Both the position numbers and the translations under genes were made by a program. The notes below the pieces were generated by a model. It ran no database searches, had not been told where the DNA came from, and saw only the letters and a list, made by a program, of their open reading frames with translations. From an uncultured Acidimicrobiaceae bacterium (GTDB lineage Bacteria; Actinomycetota; Acidimicrobiia; Spongiisociales; UBA5794): a stretch of 64,000 bases of DNA. Below are positions 21,190-30,046 of the stretch, one piece after another. Every line of letters starts with the position of its first letter. The stretch's first letter is position 1. The stretch lies in assembly GCA_964460075.1 (NCBI GenBank), contig CAYWPC010000011.1, positions 12,029 through 76,028 on the forward strand, in the 5' to 3' direction.

Positions 21190-21432
21190 ATGGCGTGGCA
21201 GGACTTTGCCAACTGCCGCGGCGCCGATCCCAATCTCTTTTTCCCTGAGCGAGGGGCGTCGACGCGCACAGCCAAGCAGATCTGCCGAGAGTGCGCAGTG
21301 CAAGGCGAATGTCTTGAGTTCGCGATCGTATCGAGCGAGAAATTCGGAATTTGGGGAGCGCTCTCCGAACGTGAGCGTCGCAAGATCCGGCGTGAGCGGC
21401 AGATAGCGGCGCGCCACCGTCGGGCAGGCTGA
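21190..21432 (+). CDS. whiB: WhiB-family (Wbl) Fe-S transcriptional regulator
   Basis: Four Cys (C-x22-CxxC-x5-C), GIWGALSERER turn and a basic C-terminal tail. ATG at 21190 after GAAGG. An alternative upstream start at 21097 is possible. Confidence 0.8.
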   Translation: MAWQDFANCRGADPNLFFPERGASTRTAKQICRECAVQGECLEFAIVSSEKFGIWGALSERERRKIRRERQIAARHRRAG

Positions 21433-21501
21433 TCAGATCTGATCTGACTGCTGACGGTCATCCTTTAGAATCATTCGCAGCACATCTCCAGGGAGGACCA
21501 G

Positions 21502-22437
21502 GTGACTGTTGTAGCAATTGTCCTGCTCGTCGTCATCGCCGCAACGGTTGCGGCGTTCGCCATGAACGCCGTTCGGACAGCCGGCGAAACTGCTGAAAGG
21601 GCCGCGGATGCGAAGCCACCACTTCCGAAGCGTCCGATGCCGCTCGTCACGACGTTTCACGTCAAGGGACATACGGCGAGCACCGTGTTCAACGTACCGC
21701 TCGGCGAGGCGGCCCCTGGGCGGCATCTCGTCGATCTCTTATGCGCGTCGGCCGTTGAGTATGTGCGGCAGAAATCTGAGGAAGGGCTTCCCCTCGATGG
21801 TGTTCGGCACATCGAAGTGTCCGCTATGCGTGGAGGCGAACCTGAGGTGATCGGATCGGTCGATCTCCCTGACGTTGGTGTCCTACCGGAGGCCGACCTG
21901 ACGGTGCTTGTCGAGCCGACGCACGATCCGATCGGAGCCGTTGCGGAGGTCATCGCGGTCACGGCTGTCGCCCCACCTGCCGCCGCCGCGACGCTCGAAC
22001 CGATCGCCGAGTTCCTTCAGCTTTCAGGTCCGACGGAGGCGCATCTACGCGCCATCGGCGTCGATCCTGAATCGATGACTCTCGAGGATCTCGTCCTCGG
22101 ACTCCTACGTGTGAGCGGCTACGACGTCCATGTTGGGAGATCAGGGTTCACGATGGGTTCAGACGGCAGGGCTGCAACATATGGCCTCAGTCGGGCAGGC
22201 CAATCAACGGTGCTCGTCATCTTGAGTCACGAGCACGGGTCGTACCCGGAGCTTGATGAGAAGCTGCTGTCGGAATTCGCTGTGGGTGTCGCCCAAACCA
22301 ACCCGGACGTCGCAGTACTCGTCACGGACAAGTACGGCCCTTACGCGTTGTACGAGAGGGAGAAGCGCGACAAGCGTCTCGTGTTCGTCACTAGGGAACG
22401 TCTCCAGGCATTTGTCGATTCTTTCGGTGTTGCATAG
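21502..22437 (+). CDS. N-terminally membrane-anchored protein with a restriction-endonuclease-like (Mrr-cat-like) C-terminal fold; function unknown
   Basis: Single N-terminal TM helix, an Ala/Pro-rich linker, and a C-terminal region (VLVILSHEHGSYPELDEKLLSEFAVGV...VAVLVTDKYGPYA) resembling PD-(D/E)xK nuclease-like folds. The assignment is inferred, not verified. Confidence 0.45.
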   Translation: MTVVAIVLLVVIAATVAAFAMNAVRTAGETAERAADAKPPLPKRPMPLVTTFHVKGHTASTVFNVPLGEAAPGRHLVDLLCASAVEYVRQKSEEGLPLDGVRHIEVSAMRGGEPEVIGSVDLPDVGVLPEADLTVLVEPTHDPIGAVAEVIAVTAVAPPAAAATLEPIAEFLQLSGPTEAHLRAIGVDPESMTLEDLVLGLLRVSGYDVHVGRSGFTMGSDGRAATYGLSRAGQSTVLVILSHEHGSYPELDEKLLSEFAVGVAQTNPDVAVLVTDKYGPYALYEREKRDKRLVFVTRERLQAFVDSFGVA

Positions 22438-22486
22438 TCGTCTCAAATCGCGCAGTGATACACTGAGGAGACGAAAGGAGTACCTT

Positions 22487-22678
22487 GTGCTCGCATTTAT
22501 TCGAAACCTCGGTGGGCCTGAAATCCTCATCATCCTCGTCGTTGTGATGTTCCTGTTTGGCGCGAAGAAGCTCCCGGAGCTCGCCCGATCCCTTGGCGTT
22601 TCTGCCAAGGAGTTCAAGAAGGGTGTTGAAGAAGGAGCCGCCGAGGCGGAGTCAAGCGAAGAGGACACGCCCGTCTAG
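22487..22678 (+). CDS. tatA: Twin-arginine translocase subunit TatA/E
   Basis: GGPEILIILVVVMFLFGAKKLPELARSLG amphipathic helix and acidic tail. GTG start at 22487 after AAAGGAG. Confidence 0.85.
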   Translation: MLAFIRNLGGPEILIILVVVMFLFGAKKLPELARSLGVSAKEFKKGVEEGAAEAESSEEDTPV

Positions 22679-23097
22679 TAACTCTCCTAGCGACCTGCGA
22701 CGAGCGGCCCACACGTAGTGGTGACCCGCCGCCGCGGATCGTTGGGACCGCAACCGGTCATCCCCAGCAATGACCTTCCACCTCCCTGCGACACTCCGTA
22801 GCCGCCGCTGCAACCCACGGGGAGATGTGCAGGCACCGCGCTGTTCGTTGTCGTACCGTTCGATGGCAGAGGCCCTGAGACCACGATTCTCACACTGTGT
22901 ACGTGGATGGAAATCTGACACGCCGCTGGGGTCTGAGGAACCTTCGATCCGTGTAGTTGGAATCCCGCCATACGTGGCGGGGCGGCCTGGTTCTCGTATC
23001 GGATCGGCCGCCGTGACTACCCGAGTATCGGCGTGGGTCAATAGACTCACCAGGGCCCAGGAACTCCCTGAGCGATCGCGGCGTTATATGCCACGAG

Positions 23098-23616
23098 ATG
23101 GGGACTATGGCTGAACACACATCCCTGACATGGGAAGATGTAGCGCAGCGGTACGGTCGAAAGATCTACACGTTCGCATATCGACTCACTGGCAATCCTG
23201 ACGATGCTGCCGACCTTGCCCAGGAAGTGCTCCTACGCGTCCGAAAGGGCCTGTCTTCCTACACACCAGGATCATTCGAAGGATGGTTGTGGCGCATCAC
23301 CCGCAATGCGTTCCTCGACGGCGTTCGCAAGAAGAAGCGCCGCCCAACAACTGCGCTCCCCGACGCTGACTACTCGTCGTTGGGAGCTAGCCCATCACCG
23401 GATGAGGTTCTTGCTTCTGTGCGCCTGTCGGATGATGTTCAGTCTGCTCTCTTGAAGTTGCCGTACGACTTCAGGGAGGCGGTTGTCCTCTGTGACGTCG
23501 TGGGACTGACATATGAAGAGATCGCAGACGCGACCGAGGTTCCGGTGGGCACGGTGCGGTCGCGGATCCACAGAGGACGCTCGACGCTGAGAGGGCTGCT
23601 GTCATGGCCGGTCTGA
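23098..23616 (+). CDS. sigE: ECF-type RNA polymerase sigma factor (SigE-like)
   Basis: Sigma-70 region 2 (IYTFAYRLTGNPDDAADLAQEV, WLWRITRNAFLD) and region 4 (LTYEEIADATEVPVGTVRSRIHRGR). Confidence 0.9.
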   Translation: MGTMAEHTSLTWEDVAQRYGRKIYTFAYRLTGNPDDAADLAQEVLLRVRKGLSSYTPGSFEGWLWRITRNAFLDGVRKKKRRPTTALPDADYSSLGASPSPDEVLASVRLSDDVQSALLKLPYDFREAVVLCDVVGLTYEEIADATEVPVGTVRSRIHRGRSTLRGLLSWPV

Positions 23617-24212
23617 ACCCTGTGAGCGAAAGGCTGTGCATGCTGTTGTCGTGCTACCTCGACGGCGCGCTGAGTTCGACAGAGCTGGATGAAGTCGTCG
23701 TGGCGCTCGAGTCCGACCTCGACGCTATTGCGGAATTCCGACACCTCCAGGAAGTACGCAGAACCATTCGCCTGATGCCAACGCTCGATCTCCCACTCCA
23801 TCTGCTCCCAGGCGCCCACATTGGTGAGGAACTGTCCGCGTTCCTCGACGGCGAGCTCACGACAGGTGAAGTACCGATCGTGACGTCGCATCTCGATATC
23901 TGCAACGAGTGCAGGCACGAACTTGCCGCTCTCGACCGGTCTCGCACCGCGATTCGCGCCTTGCCTGGAATCGAGCCGCCGGTGTTTCTCGATATGCGTC
24001 GTGAGCAGTCTCGACATGGGAGGCGAGGCATGCGGGCGGCAGTTGTGGTCGCTTCGGGTGCAGCCGCCGTTGCATTGGCATTTACGATTGGCCCGTTCGC
24101 GTCGACGAACGAGCCTACGACTATCACGATATCCGACCTCGACGCCCGACACGCAGCCGTGGCGTTTGTACCGTCTGCCGTTCAGGTGTCAAACGTGGCC
24201 GTGGCACCGTGA
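23604..24212 (+). CDS. rseA: Anti-sigma factor (RseA-like, zinc-associated)
   Basis: Overlaps the sigE stop. Conserved HxxxCxxC anti-sigma motif (HLDICNECRH). One central hydrophobic segment. Confidence 0.7.
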   Translation: MAGLNPVSERLCMLLSCYLDGALSSTELDEVVVALESDLDAIAEFRHLQEVRRTIRLMPTLDLPLHLLPGAHIGEELSAFLDGELTTGEVPIVTSHLDICNECRHELAALDRSRTAIRALPGIEPPVFLDMRREQSRHGRRGMRAAVVVASGAAAVALAFTIGPFASTNEPTTITISDLDARHAAVAFVPSAVQVSNVAVAP

Positions 24213-25147
24213 TGTTCGCGCGACGATCGGCCGTTATCGGCACGTCCATCGTCGTTGCACTCGCGATGTTCGTTCAGCCCGCTTCTGCCGGTGATCTTGC
24301 AGGCATTCTTGAGTCAGCGAGAAATGCCACATACAACGCGTCGCGCGTAACCGTGTCTGTGTGGGGAGGCCAAACCCAGATCGCCGATCAATGGGTCGAG
24401 CACTGGAGCGGTGGTGAGATTGTCAGGACCGCGTCGGTGTGGTCGGTGTATCGACAGGGACGGGCAGTGACGATGGGTGAAGCACCTGCAGGTTTCGCTT
24501 TCGTGACCAAGCGCACGTTGCCAACATCGGAGCGATACAGCATCGGCTCGGTCGAGAACGTGACCCATCTACGTAGGCCATGTAAGCGGATCGAGATCAT
24601 GGAGGGGGATACGCTGCGGGCGGTCCTCTTGGTAGATCGCAGATCGGGCGCGGTACTGCACTCGGAGATCTACACCGACGAGGGCAAGATTTTCAGAACC
24701 GTCGCGCTTGATAACTTCAAGCCGTATCGCGTGTATTCCGAGCCCAAAGACTCGTCATCGGTGCCGGTCGAGGTCGTTATGCACCGTGAGAATGCCACGC
24801 TTCCGGATGAGGTTGCCGGATACCAACTCGTTGACGTGTTTTCGGGTCCGGGGGGATCTGAGCAGGGCTACTACTCCGATGGGTTCTTCTCGTTCTCGTT
24901 GTTCGCGATCTCCAAGCGCACGCCAGTGTCGGGCTTCGAAGATCCGATGGCGTTCGTGACCAATGGTGGCGTGTACGACATGGTTCCCACGGCCCAGGAC
25001 GTAAGACTGCGTTGGTCCGATGCCAAGACGAACTTTGTCCTTGTTGGAGATCTTCCCCCCGATCATGCTCGAGAGGTGTTGGCCGAGTTACCGCTGCCGG
25101 AAGTCAGGAGCATGTTCTCGCGATGGTGGCATCGTCTCTTCGGGTAA
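24209..25147 (+). CDS. rseB: MucB/RseB-family sigma-E regulatory protein (secreted)
   Basis: Signal peptide (AMFVQPASA). The C-terminal motifs YSDGFFSFSLFAISKRTP and FVLVGDLPP match, as recalled, E. coli RseB YSDGLFSFSVNVNRATP and IVGELPP. GTGATG overlap with rseA. Confidence 0.7.
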   Translation: MMFARRSAVIGTSIVVALAMFVQPASAGDLAGILESARNATYNASRVTVSVWGGQTQIADQWVEHWSGGEIVRTASVWSVYRQGRAVTMGEAPAGFAFVTKRTLPTSERYSIGSVENVTHLRRPCKRIEIMEGDTLRAVLLVDRRSGAVLHSEIYTDEGKIFRTVALDNFKPYRVYSEPKDSSSVPVEVVMHRENATLPDEVAGYQLVDVFSGPGGSEQGYYSDGFFSFSLFAISKRTPVSGFEDPMAFVTNGGVYDMVPTAQDVRLRWSDAKTNFVLVGDLPPDHAREVLAELPLPEVRSMFSRWWHRLFG

Positions 25148-25168
25148 ACCGACCCCACTCTTGTCATT

Positions 25169-25212
25169 CTTGCGTAACTGAGTCCCGCACAGCGGGACTC
25201 AGTTACGCAAGA
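25169..25212. terminator. Perfect 20-bp-stem hairpin between convergent genes
   Basis: CTTGCGTAACTGAGTCCCGC-acag-GCGGGACTCAGTTACGCAAG. No U-tract, as is common in actinobacteria. Confidence 0.55.
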
Positions 25213-25226
25213 ACAGAGAAGGGCGC

Positions 25227-26429
25227 TCAGTCGCGTCCGATCTCTCTTCGCGCTACGACCATCGTGTGAACTTCATCTGGTCCATCCGCCAGTCGAAGCG
25301 TGCGCATGTTGGCCCACATCGCGGCCAGCGGCGTGTCGTCGCACACACCCATACCCCCGTGTACCTGAATCGCCTTGTCGATGACCCACAGCGCGGTACG
25401 TGGGGCAACAACTTTGATCGCCGATACGTCCCGCGTCGCAGCCCTGTTTCCTTGCGTGTCGATGAGCCATGCCGTGTGGAGCACCAGGAGGCGTGCCTGG
25501 TCGATACGCCATCTTGCCTGGGCTATCCAGTCCTGGACGATGCCCTGGTCGGCGACCCGCTTACCGAATGCCTCACGGGATTTCGCCCGAGCAATCATCA
25601 GACCCAACGCTCTCTCTGCTTGACCGATGGCGCGCATGCAGTGGTGGATGCGGCCAGGTCCGAGGCGGGCTTGGGCAATCATGTAACCCTGACCGGGACC
25701 TGCGATCATGTTGGAGGCAGGTACCCGCACACTGTGGTACCGCACCTCTGCGTGCCCACCGCGGTGGTGGTATCCGAACACTGGCAGGTCGCGAACGACC
25801 TCAACGCCGTCGGCGTCCATCGGCACGAGGATCATTGAGTAGCGAGCCTTCGGTGCAGCATCCCTATCGGTTACACCCATGACGATCGCGACCTTCGAAT
25901 CCTTGGACATTGCTCCGGAAGACCACCACTTGCGTCCTGACACGATGTAGTCGTCGCCGTCTGCCTTGATCGTGAGATTGAGGTTGCGCGGGTCAGATGA
26001 TGCAACGCCTGGTTCGGTCATCCCAAAATTCGATCGGATCTCGCCGTCGAGGAGTGGGACGAGCCAACGCTGCTTCTGTTCGGGCGTCGCGAACATGTGA
26101 AGCACTTCCATGTTGCCTGTGTCGGGTGCGGAGCAGTTGGTCGCCTCAGGGGCAAGTTCGATGACGTGACCCATGATCTCTGCGAGCGGTGCGTACTCCA
26201 CGTTCGTGAGCCCAGCACCGTATTCATCATCCGGTAGGAACAGATTCCAGAGCCCTTGAGCCCTCGCAATGCTCTTTAGCTCGGCCATCTCGGGTGGCGC
26301 TTCAATCGGTTCGCCTGCAAGGGGTGCCCTCGCCGCGATCGCACGTTCGGTGGGGTAGACGTGCTCAGTCATGAATGCTGAAAGTCGCTCCTGGTAGTCC
26401 TGTGAGCGTTCGGAGTGTGCGAAGTCCAT
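25227..26429 (-). CDS. Acyl-CoA dehydrogenase
   Basis: GMTEPGVASSD and the C-terminal RIHHCMRAIGQAERAL...QVHGGMG motifs. Start at MDFAHSE (26429). Confidence 0.85.
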   Translation of the reverse strand: MDFAHSERSQDYQERLSAFMTEHVYPTERAIAARAPLAGEPIEAPPEMAELKSIARAQGLWNLFLPDDEYGAGLTNVEYAPLAEIMGHVIELAPEATNCSAPDTGNMEVLHMFATPEQKQRWLVPLLDGEIRSNFGMTEPGVASSDPRNLNLTIKADGDDYIVSGRKWWSSGAMSKDSKVAIVMGVTDRDAAPKARYSMILVPMDADGVEVVRDLPVFGYHHRGGHAEVRYHSVRVPASNMIAGPGQGYMIAQARLGPGRIHHCMRAIGQAERALGLMIARAKSREAFGKRVADQGIVQDWIAQARWRIDQARLLVLHTAWLIDTQGNRAATRDVSAIKVVAPRTALWVIDKAIQVHGGMGVCDDTPLAAMWANMRTLRLADGPDEVHTMVVARREIGRD

Positions 26430-26483
26430 AGCCGTCCTCGTCGTGGGTTGTGCGCAGCACAAGATACGTACTGCGTATGTGTT

Positions 26484-27152
26484 TCAGTCTCTGTCTTCTT
26501 TTGCCTCGTCGTAGTAGTCGAGTCGATCGAGAGGTTGGACGAGGGCCGTGAGGATGTTCATCACGTGGGCCGTCATTCGTTTGAGATAGCGGAAGTAGAG
26601 GGCGCGTGCCACCGCATCTGATGCTGCGCCTTCAGACTTGTATGCCGCTTTCACGTGCGCGTCGTAGTCATCGAGGAATCCGTCAGCCTTGCCGATCAAT
26701 CGTTGGGCCGCCACAGCGTCGTGGTCGGCGAAGACGTCGGCGGCGTCCAGGATGAGACGGCTGACGTTGTCCCGGTAGCGAGCGAGTTCATCTCGATCTG
26801 CGGCTGCATCGAAGTCAGCGCCGTAACGAACCAGATCGTATACGTTCTTCGCGTAGTCGCCGATCCTTTCTGCGTCTTTGACGATCGATGCGTATTGGAG
26901 GCTGAGAGGAAGGTCACTGCTGCCGACAGCGACATGGACCATGAGTGCCCGTCGGATGGCTTGCTGAGCCTCGTTGATGGTGTGATCGGTTGATCTCACC
27001 TCTCGCTTCGTCTGCTTCGACTTCCCTCCACCGAACAGAGCATCGGTCGCAGCGACGAAAACTTCGTTGCCGGAGCACAACATCGAGACGAAGGTTGCCT
27101 CCACTTCGTCGATGGGCGACTGCGAGCTGCCTTTGAAGAACTCGAGTACCAC
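26484..27152 (-). CDS. phoU: PhoU-domain protein (second copy)
   Basis: Two PhoU repeats with conserved Asp/Glu pairs (ERIGDYAKNV...). Confidence 0.8.
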   Translation of the reverse strand: MVLEFFKGSSQSPIDEVEATFVSMLCSGNEVFVAATDALFGGGKSKQTKREVRSTDHTINEAQQAIRRALMVHVAVGSSDLPLSLQYASIVKDAERIGDYAKNVYDLVRYGADFDAAADRDELARYRDNVSRLILDAADVFADHDAVAAQRLIGKADGFLDDYDAHVKAAYKSEGAASDAVARALYFRYLKRMTAHVMNILTALVQPLDRLDYYDEAKEDRD

Positions 27153-27162
27153 TTGTCACCTC

Positions 27163-28401
27163 CTAGTTGAGTATCAAGATACCGAAGAATGGAATTGCTA
27201 TGAAAACGATGCCGACGTAGGCGATTGCAAGCCACTTTCTTGCAACGGCGATGCTCGACAACTTTTCAGCGAGCGTGACTGGTATGTATCGGATCTTGGG
27301 AATCGGATAGAGCAGCAGGATCCCAACGATATTGAACAGCAAGTGCACGAGGGCGATCGTCATACCGCCGATGACGCCTGTGGCTAGCGCAGCGAGCAGG
27401 GCGGTGACCGTTGTGCCGATGTTGGCTCCGAGCGTGATCGGGTAGGCGTTACGGACGAGCAGGATTCCTGATGCGACGAGCGGGACGAGTATGGATGTCG
27501 TGATCGAGGAGGATTGGACGGCGATCGTGACCAGGATTCCGACCATCAATCCGACCATTCCGCTACGGGCGAGAACAGCGTTTATAGATGTTTCGATCCG
27601 TGAGGCTATGAGAACCTTCATGTTCTTCGTGATGAGCATGAGCGTCGCGAAGATGATGACGATGCCGAGCACGATGAACGTGATGCCGATAGTTGTCGTG
27701 CTCGATATGATCGCCTCGACAACCGGCTCGATCAGGCCGGTACCCCACTTGACGGCGCCTTTGATCGGCGAATTGAAGGTTGCATCAGCTCCAGACGGCA
27801 GCAGCTCAGCGAGCCACGTCGCGGTCTTCTGCAGGAACCCGGTTGCGATCTCGAGTGGGAGCAGGATGGCGACCGCAATGACGTTGAAGAAGTCGTGCAT
27901 CGTCGCCGCGGCGAAGGCGAGGCGGAACTCTTCGGACTTTCGGGCGTGAGCGAGGGAAACGATCGTATTCGTGATCGTCGTCCCGATGTTGGCGCCCATG
28001 ATCATGGGAACGGCTGTCTCGAGCGGGAGTTGGCCTGCAGCGACCAGCCCCACGATCGTTGAGGTTGTGACCGATGAGGACTGGACCAGGACGGTTGCGA
28101 GCACGCCGACGAAAAGTGCTGCCAGAGGATTCGTGATGCCGGTGAACAGGCCGCCTGCTGTGTCGGACCCGAGGACCTTCACCCCGCTCTCGAGCAGTTT
28201 CACACCTACGAGGAACAGGTACAGGAGGCCGAGAACCAGGGCTGAACGCAGTGGTGCAGATATGAAAGGCCGCGCAGGATGTGCAAGAGGAGATGAGCTA
28301 CCCGGATCGGAACCGTTCATGTGCCCGAGTCGACCTGTCCCTAACCGGTAGAGCGGAGTTTCCGAGTTCGATCGTAGGCGAACTCGCGACGAGAAGGGCA
28401 A
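27163..28401 (-). CDS. Na+/phosphate cotransporter family II (NptA-like)
   Basis: Duplicated GANIGTTxT motifs (GANIGTTITNT and GANIGTTVTAL). Start uncertain: TTG at 28401 or ATG at 28320. Confidence 0.8.
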   Translation of the reverse strand: MPFSSRVRLRSNSETPLYRLGTGRLGHMNGSDPGSSSPLAHPARPFISAPLRSALVLGLLYLFLVGVKLLESGVKVLGSDTAGGLFTGITNPLAALFVGVLATVLVQSSSVTTSTIVGLVAAGQLPLETAVPMIMGANIGTTITNTIVSLAHARKSEEFRLAFAAATMHDFFNVIAVAILLPLEIATGFLQKTATWLAELLPSGADATFNSPIKGAVKWGTGLIEPVVEAIISSTTTIGITFIVLGIVIIFATLMLITKNMKVLIASRIETSINAVLARSGMVGLMVGILVTIAVQSSSITTSILVPLVASGILLVRNAYPITLGANIGTTVTALLAALATGVIGGMTIALVHLLFNIVGILLLYPIPKIRYIPVTLAEKLSSIAVARKWLAIAYVGIVFIAIPFFGILILN

Positions 28402-28419
28402 TCGGGTATCTGAAGGTGA

Positions 28420-29091
28420 TCAGTCGTCCTGTGGGAAGCGGGACGTGACCGCGAATGTGATGTTCTGGGCGATATTGACGCCGTGGTCGGCAATGCGCTC
28501 GAGGAACCTGCCGATGTAGAAGAGCGTGACCGCGGTCTCAAGACCAAGGTCGTCTTGACGCTCTGTCACGGCGGAGAAGAGCTCCGAGGTCAGCCGGTCG
28601 GTCTCCTCATCCTCTCTGTCCGCTTCGACGCCGATGGCCGCATCCATCGTCGCGATCGCCTCCACCCCCCGTGCGAACATGCGCGTCGCCGCGTCGATGA
28701 GATGTACAAGGACAGAGTGCAGAGCCGGGTCTGTTGGCACGCCACCGATACGGTCGAGGTGCTTTACGAGGTTGACCGCAAGGTCGCCCGACCGCTCCAT
28801 TTCGTACAGAATTCTTGTCGCGGCAACGAGGAATCGCAGATCCCTCGCAACCGGCTGTTGGAGGGCGAGTATCTGGAACACATCGGCTTCGAGGACTTGA
28901 TAGCGATCGTTGATCGGCCAGTCCGCCGCCTTGACAACATCGACCTCCTCAAGGCGATTCTCCGATATCACTAATCCTGCGTGACGAATATTGGACACGA
29001 CCATCGTTCCCATGTCAGCAAGATTCGTTCGAATCGCTTCGAGTTCGTCGTCGTAGTGGTGTCTGAGATCGTGTTCGTCGTGGTGTGTCAT
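28420..29091 (-). CDS. phoU: Phosphate transport system regulator PhoU
   Basis: PhoU repeats (FLERIADHGVNIAQNI). ATG at 29091 just after the pstB stop. Confidence 0.85.
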   Translation of the reverse strand: MTHHDEHDLRHHYDDELEAIRTNLADMGTMVVSNIRHAGLVISENRLEEVDVVKAADWPINDRYQVLEADVFQILALQQPVARDLRFLVAATRILYEMERSGDLAVNLVKHLDRIGGVPTDPALHSVLVHLIDAATRMFARGVEAIATMDAAIGVEADREDEETDRLTSELFSAVTERQDDLGLETAVTLFYIGRFLERIADHGVNIAQNITFAVTSRFPQDD

Positions 29092-29098
29092 GGTTGCC

Positions 29099-30046
29099 CT
29101 ACCCGAATCTGCCTGTGATGTAATCCTCAGTTTGTTGCATCGAAGGTGAGGTGAACAGATCGGCGGTTTTCGCAAACTCTACGAGGTGGCCGGTACGTTG
29201 GCCATCATGTACGTTGACGCTCAAGAACGCTGTCCTGTCGGACACACGCGCGGCTTGCTGCATGTTGTGGGTCACGATCACGATCGTGTAGTCCTGTTTC
29301 AGCTGGAACATGAGCTCCTCGATCCTGAGTGTCGCAATTGGGTCGAGAGCGGAAGCCGGTTCGTCCATAAGCACGACATCTGGAGATGTCGCGATCGCCC
29401 GCGCAATGCAGAGTCGTTGTTGCTGGCCTCCCGAAAGCGCCATAGCGCTGTCTGCGAGCTTGTCCTTGACCTCCTCCCAGAGTGCGGCTCGTTGGAGGGA
29501 CTGTTCGACGAGATCGTCCATGTTGCCGTCGTACCTGGCGATCTTCGGCCCGAACGCGATGTTGTCATAAATCGACTTTGGGAACGGATTGGGCTTCTGG
29601 AAAACCATACCGATGTGGCGGCGAACCTCGACGGGGTCGACGGTTGGGCCGTAGAGATCGATTCCGTGATAGGTGATCGTGCCTTCGACCCGTGCTGTGT
29701 CGATCAGGTCGTTCATCCGGTTTATGGAACGCAACACTGTGGATTTGCCACAACCGGATGGGCCGATGAAAGCGGTGATCTCTTTCTCCCTAATGGGGAG
29801 ACTGATCTCGTCGACGGCCAGGAAATCGCCGTAATAGACGCTCAGGCCCTTGAGTTGAAGGATTACTTGGTGGGTGTCGTCTGGGGAGCCACCAGTAACT
29901 CGCGGCGGTGTTGTTCGCGTCGGCGTGGTGTCAGGGAGGCGATCGGGCGTAGCCCTGGTTTCTCTGACCCTGTCGTATCGCGGGCGTGTCATCCTTCGGT
30001 CCCCGGTGTGTCGCTCGGTATCGACGTAGATGCTATCGGTCATCAT
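29099..30046 (-). CDS. pstB: Phosphate ABC transporter ATP-binding protein
   Basis: Walker [23 protein letters not shown] signature and [11 protein letters not shown]-terminal start uncertain; the annotated start is the ORF maximum. Confidence 0.9.
   Translation of the reverse strand: MMTDSIYVDTERHTGDRRMTRPRYDRVRETRATPDRLPDTTPTRTTPPRVTGGSPDDTHQVILQLKGLSVYYGDFLAVDEISLPIREKEITAFIGPSGCGKSTVLRSINRMNDLIDTARVEGTITYHGIDLYGPTVDPVEVRRHIGMVFQKPNPFPKSIYDNIAFGPKIARYDGNMDDLVEQSLQRAALWEEVKDKLADSAMALSGGQQQRLCIARAIATSPDVVLMDEPASALDPIATLRIEELMFQLKQDYTIVIVTHNMQQAARVSDRTAFLSVNVHDGQRTGHLVEFAKTADLFTSPSMQQTEDYITGRFG

Noticed and set aside
22679-23097. Considered calling a 6C-type small RNA in the tatA-sigE gap because of C-rich runs and hairpins
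   Set aside because: I cannot verify the two C-rich loop hairpins or the expected synteny from sequence alone, so it is left as an unassigned structured gap.
29099-30046. Long N-terminal extension of pstB (about 55 extra residues, Arg/Pro/Thr-rich)
   Set aside because: Probably an over-called start. The true start is likely an internal ATG. No evidence for a separate domain.
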